NCBI GenBank assembly: GCA_020024155.1
Contig: JAHHUE010000002.1
Coordinates: forward strand, 77-64,076
Direction of reading: 5' to 3'
DNA: 64,000 bases
Source: Oscillospiraceae bacterium
GTDB lineage: Bacteria; Bacillota; Clostridia; Oscillospirales; Ruminococcaceae
Shown: piece after piece, positions 10,031-20,675 of the stretch
Layout: the number at the start of each line of letters is the position of its first letter
Numbering within the stretch: the first letter of the stretch is position 1
Program-made: the position numbers and the translations under genes
Notes under the pieces: generated by a model
Databases searched by the model: none
The model's input: only the letters and a program-made list of their open reading frames with translations
What the model was told of the DNA's origin: nothing

Positions 10031-10453
10031 TTATACATCTCTTTTGTAAATAATAGCAGTTTCTGTTGGGTTTTGATAAAAGTTTTTTCTCTTTCCAAGC
10101 ATTTCAAAACCCAGTTTTTCGTATAATCTTATAGCTGATATATTGCTTTCTCTTACTTCCAAAACACAAGGAAGATTTATCTGTGATAATGTTTCTTTGA
10201 GAAGATATTCGCCATAACCTTTTCTTTGTTTTTCTTTATCTGTAACAACAAATACCAACTCTGCGTCATCACTTACAAGGTATGATATGAATGCAACCAC
10301 ATTTTTCTCATCTTCCAAAACAAAACTTTTTATACTGTCGTTAGCCAAACTGTCAGAAAGAGCTTTTTTGCTCCATCCGTCTATAACATTTTTAAAAATT
10401 TCAGAAACTTTATCAACATCTTCTTGCTGAAAAGCTCTAACCTTTTGCAACAT
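10031..10453 (-). CDS. rimI: Ribosomal-protein-alanine N-acetyltransferase (GNAT), RimI-like
   Basis: 140-aa GNAT with a QRKGYG acetyl-CoA motif, immediately upstream of tsaD as in tsa operons. Confidence 0.75.
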   Translation of the reverse strand: MLQKVRAFQQEDVDKVSEIFKNVIDGWSKKALSDSLANDSIKSFVLEDEKNVVAFISYLVSDDAELVFVVTDKEKQRKGYGEYLLKETLSQINLPCVLEVRESNISAIRLYEKLGFEMLGKRKNFYQNPTETAIIYKRDV

Positions 10454-12968
10454 ACCAGTTTTCCCCCATATTTACATCTACTTTGAGTGGAACTGAAAGT
10501 TTTGCAGCACCCTGCATTTCTTCAAGAAGAATTTTCATTGCTTTTTCTTTTTCTTCAATTGGTGCTTCAACAATAAGTTCGTCGTGTACCTGTAAAATAA
10601 GTTTTGCTTTAAGTCCTTCTTCTTTAAGTCTGTTTGCAACTTTTACCATTGCAATTTTGATTATATCGGCACTTGTACCTTGAATTGGTGTATTCATTGC
10701 CATTCTTGCACCAAGAGCCTGAATATTTTTATTTGAGTTATTTATTTCTGGCAATACACGCTTACGGTTATACAGTGTTGCAACATATCCATTATCTTTT
10801 GCAAACTGTGTTATTGTGCTCATATATTCTTTAACGCCTTTAAATGTATTTAGATAATTCTTTATAAATTCATCAGCTTCTTTAACTGTTATGCCCACAT
10901 CTTTTGCAAGACTGAATGCACCTATGCCATATACAATACCAAAGTTTACAGCTTTTGCACGAGAACGGATTTTAGGTGTAACCATTTCAACCGGAAGTCC
11001 CATAATAGCAGCTGCTGTTTGAGTGTGAATATCTTCATTGTTGATAAATGCTTTTTGCATAGTTTCATCGCCACTTATATGTGCAAGTATGCGAAGTTCT
11101 ATCTGAGAATAGTCAGCATCAAGTAAAATATAGCCTTCTTTTGCAACAAAGAATTTACGCAATTTTTGCCCTAATTCTGTTCTTACAGGAATATTCTGCA
11201 AGTTAGGTTCACCAGAAGAAATTCTGCCAGTTCTTGTTTCCGTTTGATTGAATGTTGTGTGAATTCTGCCGTCTTCTTTTATCTTATCTTTTAAGCCTTC
11301 AACATAAGTGCTGTTGAGTTTTTGATATGTGCGATAATTTAAGATTTTATCTATAACCGGATGATATTTTCTCAACCCTTCTAAAACTTCTGCATTTGTT
11401 GAGTAACCGGATTTTGTTTTTTTACCGGTTGGAAGTTCCAGTGTTTCAAATAAAGCTTTACCAAGTTGTTTTGGACTGTTAAGGTTAAATTCATAACCAA
11501 CCATTTCATAAACACTCTGCAAGTCTTTTGCAAGTTGTTCTTTAAGCATTTCACCAAATTCTGTAAGTGCTTTTTTATCAACTCCAAAGCCTTCGTATTC
11601 CATATCAGCAAGCACTTTTGCAAGTGGCATTTCTATTTCGTATAAAAGTTCTTGTTGATTTTCGTCCTCAACAAATTTTTTATAATACTCATAAACCTGC
11701 ATAGCAAAAGGAGCAAAAACATCTGCACAGTCAAACTCTGCAACAGCATCACAAGATGCAGAAATTCTTTCAAAATCATAGCTTGCAGCACTTGGATTTG
11801 CAAGATATGCTGCAAGTTTCATACAAAACACAACATTATTTATCTGTATTTTATTTTCATTGCAGAAATTATATAAAGATTTACTGTCATAAGCTATTTT
11901 TTCTTTTGTTTTATCCTCTAAAAATTCTTTCAGAAGTTCGCTATCTGATTTGCAAGAATAAATATTTTTATCCCACATAACGATAAATTTTTCTTCGTTT
12001 TGATATACAATAGCCTTGTTTAAGGAGTTATCAAAGTCTTTGATTTCAATATATTCAAGAGTTTTAACTGTATCAAACAAATTTGTATTTTCAATATTTT
12101 CTGATGGAACAATTTTTTCTGCCATAGAAAACATTTCAAGGCTTTTAAGTGTGTGAGAAACCTTCTGTGAGTCTAATGTTTTTTTGATGTAGGATTCTGG
12201 ATTTGTGTCTATATCTACATCACAACATATAGTACCAAGTTTTTGAGAAAGATATGCCATTTCTTTGTCTGCTATAAGTTTTTCTCTAACACTTTTTTTT
12301 ATGGCAGGGTCATCAATATTTTCATAAACGCCGTCAAGACTGTTAAATTTCTGCAAAAGAGAAACAGCTGTTTTTTCTCCAACTCCTTTTACACCGGGAA
12401 TATTATCAGATGTATCCCCCATAAGAGCCTTAAGGTCTATAAGTTTATCTGGTGTAAGACCATATTTTTCAGTTACAGCATTAACATCCATTATTTGATT
12501 TTGCCCTTTACCCGATTGTGTCGTTGCAAGAATAATATTTACATTTTCATCTGCAAGCTGCAAAGAATCTCTATCACCGGTAGCAATATAGCATTTATCC
12601 CCTCTTGCTGAACAACTTTTTGCTATTGTTCCAAGAATATCATCAGCCTCAAAACCTTCTTTGGTTATAATTGTATATCCAAGGTCTGTTAATAATTCCT
12701 TTAAAACTGGCATTTGCTGTGCCAATTCTTCCGGCATACCTTTACGAGTACCCTTGTATCCGTCATACATCTTATGTCTGAATGTTTTTGCTTTAAGGTC
12801 AAAAGCAATAGCAATACGGTCTGGTTTTATTTCCTGTTCAAGTTTTATAAGAATGTTTAAAAAGCCATATATACCGTTTGTATATTGACCATCTTTTGTT
12901 GTTAAAAGTTTTATGCCATAAAAAGCACGGTTCAGAATACTGTTTCCGTCAAGTGCCAAAAATTTCAT
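10437..12968 (-). CDS. polA: DNA polymerase I
   Basis: 843 aa with an N-terminal 5'-3' exonuclease domain. Family A polymerase motifs DYSQIELR and QVHDELI are present. Confidence 0.95.
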   Translation of the reverse strand: MKFLALDGNSILNRAFYGIKLLTTKDGQYTNGIYGFLNILIKLEQEIKPDRIAIAFDLKAKTFRHKMYDGYKGTRKGMPEELAQQMPVLKELLTDLGYTIITKEGFEADDILGTIAKSCSARGDKCYIATGDRDSLQLADENVNIILATTQSGKGQNQIMDVNAVTEKYGLTPDKLIDLKALMGDTSDNIPGVKGVGEKTAVSLLQKFNSLDGVYENIDDPAIKKSVREKLIADKEMAYLSQKLGTICCDVDIDTNPESYIKKTLDSQKVSHTLKSLEMFSMAEKIVPSENIENTNLFDTVKTLEYIEIKDFDNSLNKAIVYQNEEKFIVMWDKNIYSCKSDSELLKEFLEDKTKEKIAYDSKSLYNFCNENKIQINNVVFCMKLAAYLANPSAASYDFERISASCDAVAEFDCADVFAPFAMQVYEYYKKFVEDENQQELLYEIEMPLAKVLADMEYEGFGVDKKALTEFGEMLKEQLAKDLQSVYEMVGYEFNLNSPKQLGKALFETLELPTGKKTKSGYSTNAEVLEGLRKYHPVIDKILNYRTYQKLNSTYVEGLKDKIKEDGRIHTTFNQTETRTGRISSGEPNLQNIPVRTELGQKLRKFFVAKEGYILLDADYSQIELRILAHISGDETMQKAFINNEDIHTQTAAAIMGLPVEMVTPKIRSRAKAVNFGIVYGIGAFSLAKDVGITVKEADEFIKNYLNTFKGVKEYMSTITQFAKDNGYVATLYNRKRVLPEINNSNKNIQALGARMAMNTPIQGTSADIIKIAMVKVANRLKEEGLKAKLILQVHDELIVEAPIEEKEKAMKILLEEMQGAAKLSVPLKVDVNMGENWYVAKG

Positions 12969-13077
12969 ATTTTTACCCCATATTAAATAATAATTTACTT
13001 ATTAGTATACCATATTTCTGCAATTTATGGTATAATATTTGACTACAAAATAATTTATTTTTTTAAACGAGGTTTTA

Positions 13078-14046
13078 ATGGAAATTAAAGGTTTAAATAT
13101 AAAAAATAAAGCTGTTCTTGCTCCAATGGCCGGTTTTTGCGACATTGTTATGCGTAAAGTTGCTGATGATTTTGACGCTGGCTTTACTGTTAGTGAACTT
13201 ATCAGTGCAAGAGCTTTATATTATGGCGATAAAAAAAGTCACACTCTTATGGATAATTTTGACTGTAAAAGTCCGTATGGTATTCAGCTTTTTGGCTTTG
13301 AGCCAAATGATTTTATTTCTGCAACAGAACACACTTTAAAGCACAATCCGGATTTTATTGATATAAATATGGGTTGTCCTGCACCTAAAATAGTTAATAA
13401 CGGCAGCGGCAGTGCTCTTATGAAAACACCAGAGCTTGCACAGCAAATTGCAAAGACTGTTGTTGATAATGCAAAAGGCTTGCCAGTAAGTGTAAAAATG
13501 CGTAAAGGCTGGGACGAAAACTGTATAACTGCTGTTGAGCTTGCAAAACGATGTGAAGATGTGGGTGTAAGTTTCATTACTGTTCACGCAAGAACAAGAG
13601 TAGAAATGTATAACCCTGGTATTGACCTTGATATAATCAAAGCTGTAAAACAAGCTGTAAATATTCCTGTTATAGGAAACGGTGATATAACTTGCCCAGA
13701 AGATGCAATAAAAATGATGGATTACACCGGTTGTGATTATGTTATGGTTGGCAGAGAAGCGTTAAGCCGTCCTTGGATATTCAAACAGATTAAACAAGCT
13801 ATTAACGGCGAAACTATTGACAGTGACCCAACTATTGAAGAGAGAATGAAATTATTGTTGTGGCACATTGAAAAGCTATGTGAAGTAAACGGTGAAAGTG
13901 CCGGTATGAAAAAAGCTCGTGGGCAGGCAGCTTTGTATATGAAAGGTCTGCGTGGAGCAGCTCATTTAAGATATCTTACTAATAGCTTAACGGTATTTGA
14001 TGATGCAAAAAATCTTGTTAATGAGGTATTAAAAGAAAATGTTTAA
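13078..14046 (+). CDS. dusB: tRNA dihydrouridine synthase DusB
   Basis: LAPMAG...DINMGCP...HARTR motifs in 322 aa. Confidence 0.9.
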   Translation: MEIKGLNIKNKAVLAPMAGFCDIVMRKVADDFDAGFTVSELISARALYYGDKKSHTLMDNFDCKSPYGIQLFGFEPNDFISATEHTLKHNPDFIDINMGCPAPKIVNNGSGSALMKTPELAQQIAKTVVDNAKGLPVSVKMRKGWDENCITAVELAKRCEDVGVSFITVHARTRVEMYNPGIDLDIIKAVKQAVNIPVIGNGDITCPEDAIKMMDYTGCDYVMVGREALSRPWIFKQIKQAINGETIDSDPTIEERMKLLLWHIEKLCEVNGESAGMKKARGQAALYMKGLRGAAHLRYLTNSLTVFDDAKNLVNEVLKENV

Positions 14047-14623
14047 TTTTAACGCTCTTGTTTCTCGTATAAAATATATTCCAAGATGGAGTCTTATGCG
14101 ACAAAGCCGTCAGGAATTTTTGGCAGAACATACAACAGAAGTTATGCAAATAGCACATACTCTTGCTGCAATTGCAAATAAAAAGTTTGGTCAGAATGTA
14201 AATACAGAAAATATAATTATTTGTGGTTTATACCACGATATAAGCGAAATTTTAACCGGAGATATGCCAACTCCTGTTAAATATAATGACGAAACTTTAA
14301 AATGTGCTTATAAAGATATGGAAGCAAAAGCAATTGCTAAAATGCTTGAAACAATTGATGAAGATATAAAAGATGATATTTCTCCGTTTGTAACAGCAGA
14401 AAATCTTTCAGAAAGAGAAACAAAGATACTGAAAGCAGCAGACAAATTTTCTGCTCTTATAAAATGTATGGAAGAATTGCAGTGTGGAAATGCTGAGTTT
14501 AAATCTGCGTATACAAGCACAAAACAAAGTCTAGAAGATATGCATCTGCCTGAAATTGACTATTTTATAAAAAATATGTTGCCTTCTTACAGTTTATGTC
14601 TTGATGAGCTTGCAAAAATTTAA
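14039..14623 (+). CDS. yfbR: HD-domain 5'-deoxynucleotidase, YfbR-like
   Basis: Collinear with E. coli YfbR: RW.LMR...EH...YHD.SE.LTGD.PTPVKY...CGN.EF. Confidence 0.85.
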   Translation: MFNFNALVSRIKYIPRWSLMRQSRQEFLAEHTTEVMQIAHTLAAIANKKFGQNVNTENIIICGLYHDISEILTGDMPTPVKYNDETLKCAYKDMEAKAIAKMLETIDEDIKDDISPFVTAENLSERETKILKAADKFSALIKCMEELQCGNAEFKSAYTSTKQSLEDMHLPEIDYFIKNMLPSYSLCLDELAKI

Positions 14624-14642
14624 ACAATAAAGGAGCTATAAG

Positions 14643-16961
14643 TTGAAAAGTTTTTTAAAAAATTCTTATGTTAAAATTTTCATACTTGGTTTTGCCACCT
14701 GTTTTTGCATACTTTTACCTTTTTTAATTATAGATAAAGGCTTTTTCCTATACGCTGGGGATTTTAACAGTCAGCAAATACCATTTAATATGTATGCTAA
14801 CAATATGGTTAAGCAAGGTGCTTTAAATTGGAGTTGGGCAACTGACCTTGGCTCATCAATGATAAACAGCTATTCTTTTTATCTTTTAGGCTCACCTGTT
14901 TTCTGGCTAGGTTGTTTATTTCCATATAAGTTAATGCCGTATTTTTTACCTTTTGGTTTGATGATTAAGTTTGGGTTTGCATCTCTTGGTGCATTTTGCT
15001 TTCTTAAAAGATATTCCAAAAATGAAAACTACGCTTTTGTAGGTGCTATTTTATATGCATTCAGTGGTTTTTCAATTTACAACATATTCTTTAATCACTT
15101 TTTAGAATCTGTTGCTATGTTTCCGTTTTTATTATGGAGCTTAGATGAGTTTATCTATGAAAAACGAAGAGGTTTATTTGCTTTTTTTGTAGCGTTAAAC
15201 CTATTAAATAACTACTTTTTCTTTATTGGTCAAGTTGTTTTTCTGTTTATATATTTTATCTGTAAAATTGTATCAAAAGAATATACTATATCAATAAAAC
15301 AATTTTTTAATCTTGCATTTGAAAGTATACTTGGATGCTTGATGAGTATGGTTCTTTTCTTACCATCTGTTTTAAATATTTTGCAAAATCCTCGCAGTAC
15401 AAAAATGGCAAAGGATTTTGGATTATGGATGTATGGAACTGTACAACAGTATTTTGCAATTGTTCAATCAGCATTTTTCCCACCGGAAAGTCCATACTCT
15501 CCAAACCTGTTTACTCAGGGAAATATCAAGTGGACAAGTATATCTGCATTTGTTGTTCTTGGTGGTATGTTTGGATATTTTATATTTTTAAAATATTTCA
15601 AAAAATCAGCATTTACAAAAATTTTTACTTGTTGTGTTATCTTTGCACTTGTACCAATACTTAACAGCAGTTTCTATATGTTCAATCGCAGTTATTATGC
15701 AAGATGGTTTTATATGCCTATCTTAATTCTCTGTGCAATGAATATGCAAAGTTATGAACTTACAAAAGAAAAAATCTATTACGGTTTAAAAAAAGTTACC
15801 GTTTTAACTTGTATCTTCTGCGTTTTCGGGCTAACACCTTCAACTAATAGTGACGGAAAATTCAAACTTGGTCTTGAAAAAGAAATTCCACTTTTCTGGC
15901 TTTCATTCCTTATTGCAATTTTCAGCATATATATGCTATTTGTTATTGTAGAAAACTATAAAGATAAACCAAAATATTCTCAAAAATTACTTATGACTGC
16001 ATTAAGTATTGTTATGGTTTTTGCAATACTCCATATATCTATTGTTAAATTACCACAGTCAAACGCAGATAGAAATTATATCAAACAAAACTATGCTCCA
16101 CTTGATACTTTTACATTAAATGATGATAGCTCAGATTATCGTCTTGACGCATATCAGTGTTATAATAATATGGGATTGTTTTATAACAAACCATTTATTC
16201 AATTTTTCAACAGCACTGTTACACCTTCTATTATGGATTTTTATCCTTATGTTGGTGTAAAAAGAGATGTATCTTCAAAACCGGAATATTCAAATTACGC
16301 TTTAAGAAGCTTATTATCAGTTAAATATATAGTTATGCCAACTCATGAGGTTGACAATTTCTACGAAGAAGGTTACGATAAAATTTATAGTCCCTACTCT
16401 GTTTCAGAGCCATATAAAATATTTAAAAATGACTATTTTATTCCTATGGGATTTACTTATGATAAATATGTAACCGAAGAGCAAATGCAGCAAGTTGCAG
16501 CTGAAAACCGAAGTAACATTATGCTTAAAGCAATTTTGTGTGATGAAAGTATTGTTGATAACCTAAAACTGTCTTTGGATAAATTAGATAACAGCTTTTT
16601 GAACGACCATTCTTTCGCATCTTTCACCAGTGATGTAGAAGAAAGACGCAATTGCAGTGGATATTATTTTGAGCAGACAAAAGACGGTTTTATCTCTAAT
16701 ATTCAATTGTATCAGCCAAATCTTGTTTTCTACTCTGTTCCTTATGATGAAGGATTTACTGCATATGTAAACGGAGAAGAAACAAAAATATATAAAGTAA
16801 ACGCAGGGCTTTCTGCCGTTTATGCGCCAGCCGGAGATAATGAAATTATTTTCTCTTATCGCACTCCTGGGTTAAATCTTGGAATATTGATAAGCATTTT
16901 AGCCTTAGCAATTTATATAATCTATCTTATAGCAATTTTTAAAAAGAAGGATATAAAGTAA
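14643..16961 (+). CDS. YfhO-family polytopic membrane protein (putative glycosyltransferase)
   Basis: 772 aa with many TM helices and a C-terminal extracytoplasmic domain plus final TM. TTG start preceded by AAGGAG. Confidence 0.75.
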   Translation: MKSFLKNSYVKIFILGFATCFCILLPFLIIDKGFFLYAGDFNSQQIPFNMYANNMVKQGALNWSWATDLGSSMINSYSFYLLGSPVFWLGCLFPYKLMPYFLPFGLMIKFGFASLGAFCFLKRYSKNENYAFVGAILYAFSGFSIYNIFFNHFLESVAMFPFLLWSLDEFIYEKRRGLFAFFVALNLLNNYFFFIGQVVFLFIYFICKIVSKEYTISIKQFFNLAFESILGCLMSMVLFLPSVLNILQNPRSTKMAKDFGLWMYGTVQQYFAIVQSAFFPPESPYSPNLFTQGNIKWTSISAFVVLGGMFGYFIFLKYFKKSAFTKIFTCCVIFALVPILNSSFYMFNRSYYARWFYMPILILCAMNMQSYELTKEKIYYGLKKVTVLTCIFCVFGLTPSTNSDGKFKLGLEKEIPLFWLSFLIAIFSIYMLFVIVENYKDKPKYSQKLLMTALSIVMVFAILHISIVKLPQSNADRNYIKQNYAPLDTFTLNDDSSDYRLDAYQCYNNMGLFYNKPFIQFFNSTVTPSIMDFYPYVGVKRDVSSKPEYSNYALRSLLSVKYIVMPTHEVDNFYEEGYDKIYSPYSVSEPYKIFKNDYFIPMGFTYDKYVTEEQMQQVAAENRSNIMLKAILCDESIVDNLKLSLDKLDNSFLNDHSFASFTSDVEERRNCSGYYFEQTKDGFISNIQLYQPNLVFYSVPYDEGFTAYVNGEETKIYKVNAGLSAVYAPAGDNEIIFSYRTPGLNLGILISILALAIYIIYLIAIFKKKDIK

Positions 16962-19127
16962 ATGGAAATTAACAGAATTTTAGCAAGTGAATTTAAAAAG
17001 GAATTATGGCAGATTGAAAATGCTGTTGCACTTATGGACGAAGGCGCAACAATTCCATTTATTGCTCGTTACAGAAAAGAAAAGACTGGTGAACTTGATG
17101 ACCAGATTTTGAGAGAAATTTTTGAGCGTTTAACTTATCTTAGAAATCTTGAACAGAGAAAGCAAGAAGTTATTACATCTATAACAGAACAAGAAAAAAT
17201 GACTGATGAAATTATGAATGCTATTTCTCGTGCAAATACGCTCAGCGAAGTTGAAGATATTTATCGTCCATTTAAGCCAAAAAGAAAAACTCGTGCATCT
17301 GTTGCAAAAGAAAAAGGTCTTGAACCTTTGGCAAAAGAAATTATGGAACAGCGTCCAGTGGCTGACCCTATGGCTCTTGCAGAAGAATATGTTAATGAGG
17401 AAAAGGGTGTTAACTCAGCAGAAGATGCTCTTAAAGGTGCAATGGATATTATCGCAGAAGATGTTTCTGATAATGCCAATGTAAGAAAAACTTTAAAAGC
17501 TTTATATTTCCGTACTGGTGAAGTTTCATCAAAAGGAGACGAAGAAAAAGAAAGTGTTTATACTCAATACTATGATTTTTCAGAAAAAGTAAACAAAATA
17601 GCTTCTCACCGTGTTCTCGCAATTGACCGTGGTGAAAAAGAAGGTTTCCTTAAAGTAAATATTTCTGTCGACTCTATAAGTGCAATTGCAGAAATTGAAA
17701 AAATTTATATTGTAAACGACGGCAAATGTGCTCAGGTTGTAAAAGATGCTATTGCAGACGGATATCAAAGACTTTTACACCCAAGTCTTGATACAGAAAT
17801 AAGAAATAACCTTACTGATGTTGCTTGTGAAGGTGCTATAAAATTATTTGGAGATAACTTAAAACAACTTTTGCTTGTACCACCAGTTAAAGGAAAAACT
17901 TGTATGGCTCTTGACCCAGGTTATCGTACAGGTTGTAAAATGGCTATTGTTGACCCAACAGGAAAGGTTTTAGATACAGGTGTTGTGTATATGACACTTG
18001 ATATTCACGACAAAGAAAAAGCTAAAAATCAGCTTAAAAAGCTTATTGCAAAACACGATGTTGATATAATCTCAATAGGTAATGGTACTGCGACCAAAGA
18101 AACAGAAATGTTTGTTGCAGCTATGCTTAAAGAGATTGATAAGCCAATAAGTTATATGGTTGTAAGCGAAGCCGGTGCGTCAGTATATTCTGCATCAAAA
18201 CTTGCAGCAGCTGAATTTCCACAGTTTGATGTTGCTTTAAGAAGTGCTGTTTCAATTGCAAGAAGATTGCAAGATCCTCTTGCCGAGCTTGTTAAAATTG
18301 ACCCAAAATCTATTGGTGTAGGTCAGTATCAGCACGATATGCCAAAACAAAAACTTGAAGAAAGTCTTGACGGTGTTGTTGAATATTGTGTTAACACTGT
18401 TGGTGTTGACCTTAACACTGCATCTGCACCACTTTTGGAAAGAGTTTCAGGTCTTAATAAATCAATTGCTAAAAACATTGTTACATATCGTGAAGAAAAC
18501 GGTGCTTTTGAAAAAAGAAATCAACTTCTTAAAGTTTCAAAACTTGGGCCAAAAGCTTATATGCTTTCAGCAGGTTTTTTAAGAATTCCTGATGCAAAAA
18601 ATAAATTGGACTCCTCTTCTGTTCACCCAGAAAGTTATGATGCAGCAAAAAAACTTCTTGAAGCGGTTGGATATACATTAGATGATATTGGCACTAATAA
18701 AATTACTGATTTGGAAAAAGTTGTCAATAAAATTGGTTTTGAAAAACTTGCACAGCAGTTAGAAATTGGTGTGCCTACACTCAAAGACATTATTTCAGAG
18801 CTTATTAAACCAGGCAGAGATATGCGTGATGAGTTGCCTAAACCACTTCTTAGAACAGATGTTCTTGATATGAATGACCTTGTTTCTGGTATGGAATTAA
18901 CAGGTACTGTAAGAAATGTTATTGACTTTGGTGCTTTTGTGGATATTGGTGTTCATCAAGATGGTCTTGTTCATATCAGCCAAATTTGTGATAAATATAT
19001 TAAACATCCAAGTGAAGTATTGAAAGTTGGCGATATTGTTACTGTATGGGTAATGAGTGTTGATGTTAACAAAAAGCGTATATCATTAACTATGAAAAAA
19101 CCTAAACAAGAACCTAAGGCTAACTAA
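16962..19127 (+). CDS. tex: Tex-like transcription accessory protein (YqgF/HhH/S1 domains)
   Basis: 721 aa with IPFIARYRKE near the N-terminus and a C-terminal S1 domain (GTVRNVIDFGAFVDIG). Confidence 0.95.
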   Translation: MEINRILASEFKKELWQIENAVALMDEGATIPFIARYRKEKTGELDDQILREIFERLTYLRNLEQRKQEVITSITEQEKMTDEIMNAISRANTLSEVEDIYRPFKPKRKTRASVAKEKGLEPLAKEIMEQRPVADPMALAEEYVNEEKGVNSAEDALKGAMDIIAEDVSDNANVRKTLKALYFRTGEVSSKGDEEKESVYTQYYDFSEKVNKIASHRVLAIDRGEKEGFLKVNISVDSISAIAEIEKIYIVNDGKCAQVVKDAIADGYQRLLHPSLDTEIRNNLTDVACEGAIKLFGDNLKQLLLVPPVKGKTCMALDPGYRTGCKMAIVDPTGKVLDTGVVYMTLDIHDKEKAKNQLKKLIAKHDVDIISIGNGTATKETEMFVAAMLKEIDKPISYMVVSEAGASVYSASKLAAAEFPQFDVALRSAVSIARRLQDPLAELVKIDPKSIGVGQYQHDMPKQKLEESLDGVVEYCVNTVGVDLNTASAPLLERVSGLNKSIAKNIVTYREENGAFEKRNQLLKVSKLGPKAYMLSAGFLRIPDAKNKLDSSSVHPESYDAAKKLLEAVGYTLDDIGTNKITDLEKVVNKIGFEKLAQQLEIGVPTLKDIISELIKPGRDMRDELPKPLLRTDVLDMNDLVSGMELTGTVRNVIDFGAFVDIGVHQDGLVHISQICDKYIKHPSEVLKVGDIVTVWVMSVDVNKKRISLTMKKPKQEPKAN

Positions 19128-19145
19128 ATAAATATTAGAAAAATA

Positions 19146-19187
19146 AATCGTCAGCACTTTAAAATATTGTGCTGACGATTTTTATTA
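19146..19187 (+). terminator. Intrinsic terminator after tex
   Basis: AATCGTCAGCAC / GTGCTGACGATT 12-bp stem followed by TTTTATT. Confidence 0.85.
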
Positions 19188-19330
19188 AATATATCAATAA
19201 TTTTTTACTCAATATTTTTTATATATTTTCTAAATTTTAGTTATAATATTTTTACTATACAAATAGTACTAAGCTATTAACTTTTCCCTATTATTTAATA
19301 ATATTTATAACTACAATTTTATATTTTAAA

Positions 19331-19361
19331 TAAAAAACGGTGAGAATTATCTCACCGTTTT
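19331..19361 (-). terminator. Intrinsic terminator after ackA
   Basis: AAAACGGTGAG / CTCACCGTTTT stem followed by a T-run on the minus strand. Confidence 0.85.
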
Positions 19362-19380
19362 TATTAAACAATATTAAATA

Positions 19381-20583
19381 TTATTTACCAAATGCAACGC
19401 GTTTTGTGTCACGAGCAATCATCAATTCTTCGTTTGTCTGAATAACAAGAACTTTAACTTTACCGTTTGAACCTGTAATATCATTTACAGCAAGACCACG
19501 TTTTGAGTTCTGTTCTTTATCAAGTTCAACACCAAAGAAACTAATACCTTCGCAAACTTCTTCTCTAATTGAGCTTGAGTTTTCACCAATACCGCCTGTA
19601 AATACGATACAATCAAGACCGTTCATAGCAGCTGTGTAAGAACCAATATATTTCTGGATTTGGTATACAAGCATATCTAATGCAAGTTTTGCTCTTTCAT
19701 TGCCTTCTGATGCAGCAATTTCAAGGTCACGACAGTCACTGGAAACACCGGAAATACCAAGGAAACCAGATTTTTTGTTAAGGTAGTTAGAAAGCTCTGT
19801 ACCATTCATACCTGTTTTTTCAGCAATGAATGTTACAACAGATGGGTCAACATCACCACTTCTTGTACCCATAATCAAACCTGCCAATGGGGAGAAGCCC
19901 ATTGATGTATCTACAACTTTGCCACAGTCGATAGCAGCAATTGAAGAACCGTTACCCAAGTGGCATGTAACAATTTTGAGTTCTTCTGGTTTTTTACCAA
20001 GATATTCAGCAGCTGTAAGAGAAACAAATTTATGGCTTGTACCGTGGAAACCGTAACGACGAACTTTGTGTTCTTCATACATTTCGTATGGTACTGCGTA
20101 CATATAAGATTTAGCTGGCATTGTTGAGTGGAAAACTGTATCAAATACTACTACGTTTGGAACGTTTGCACCAAATACAGCTTTTGCACTGTTAAGACCC
20201 AAAACATGAGCTGGGTTGTGCAATGGAGCGATTGCGCCAAGACGACCGATTTCTGCGATAACTTCATCGTTAACAAGTGTAGACTCTTTAAAGCTTTCTG
20301 CACCATGTGCAACACGGTGACCAATTGCAGAAACTTCGCTTACATCGTTAATAACTTTGCCTTCGCCTGTTGTCATCATTTCAACAACTTTAGCAAATGC
20401 TTCTGTATGTGTTGGGAATGGAACTTCTACTGTCCATTTTCCACCATTAGCTTCGTGTTTGATAAAGCTTCCATCAATACCGATTCTTTCGCAAATACCT
20501 TTACAGATAACGCTTTCATCTTCCATATTGATGAGCTGATATTTAAGTGAGCTGGAACCACAGTTGATTACCAAAATTTTCAT
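19381..20583 (-). CDS. ackA: Acetate kinase
   Basis: MKILVINCGSSSLKYQL and the full-length ASKHA acetate kinase pattern. Confidence 0.95.
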   Translation of the reverse strand: MKILVINCGSSSLKYQLINMEDESVICKGICERIGIDGSFIKHEANGGKWTVEVPFPTHTEAFAKVVEMMTTGEGKVINDVSEVSAIGHRVAHGAESFKESTLVNDEVIAEIGRLGAIAPLHNPAHVLGLNSAKAVFGANVPNVVVFDTVFHSTMPAKSYMYAVPYEMYEEHKVRRYGFHGTSHKFVSLTAAEYLGKKPEELKIVTCHLGNGSSIAAIDCGKVVDTSMGFSPLAGLIMGTRSGDVDPSVVTFIAEKTGMNGTELSNYLNKKSGFLGISGVSSDCRDLEIAASEGNERAKLALDMLVYQIQKYIGSYTAAMNGLDCIVFTGGIGENSSSIREEVCEGISFFGVELDKEQNSKRGLAVNDITGSNGKVKVLVIQTNEELMIARDTKRVAFGK

Positions 20584-20675
20584 TTATTCAGTCCTCCAAA
20601 AAAATGGTATTTATTTTATAACATAAATATTATATAATAAGTCTATATATTTTTCAAGGCAAAAGGAGCTATTTT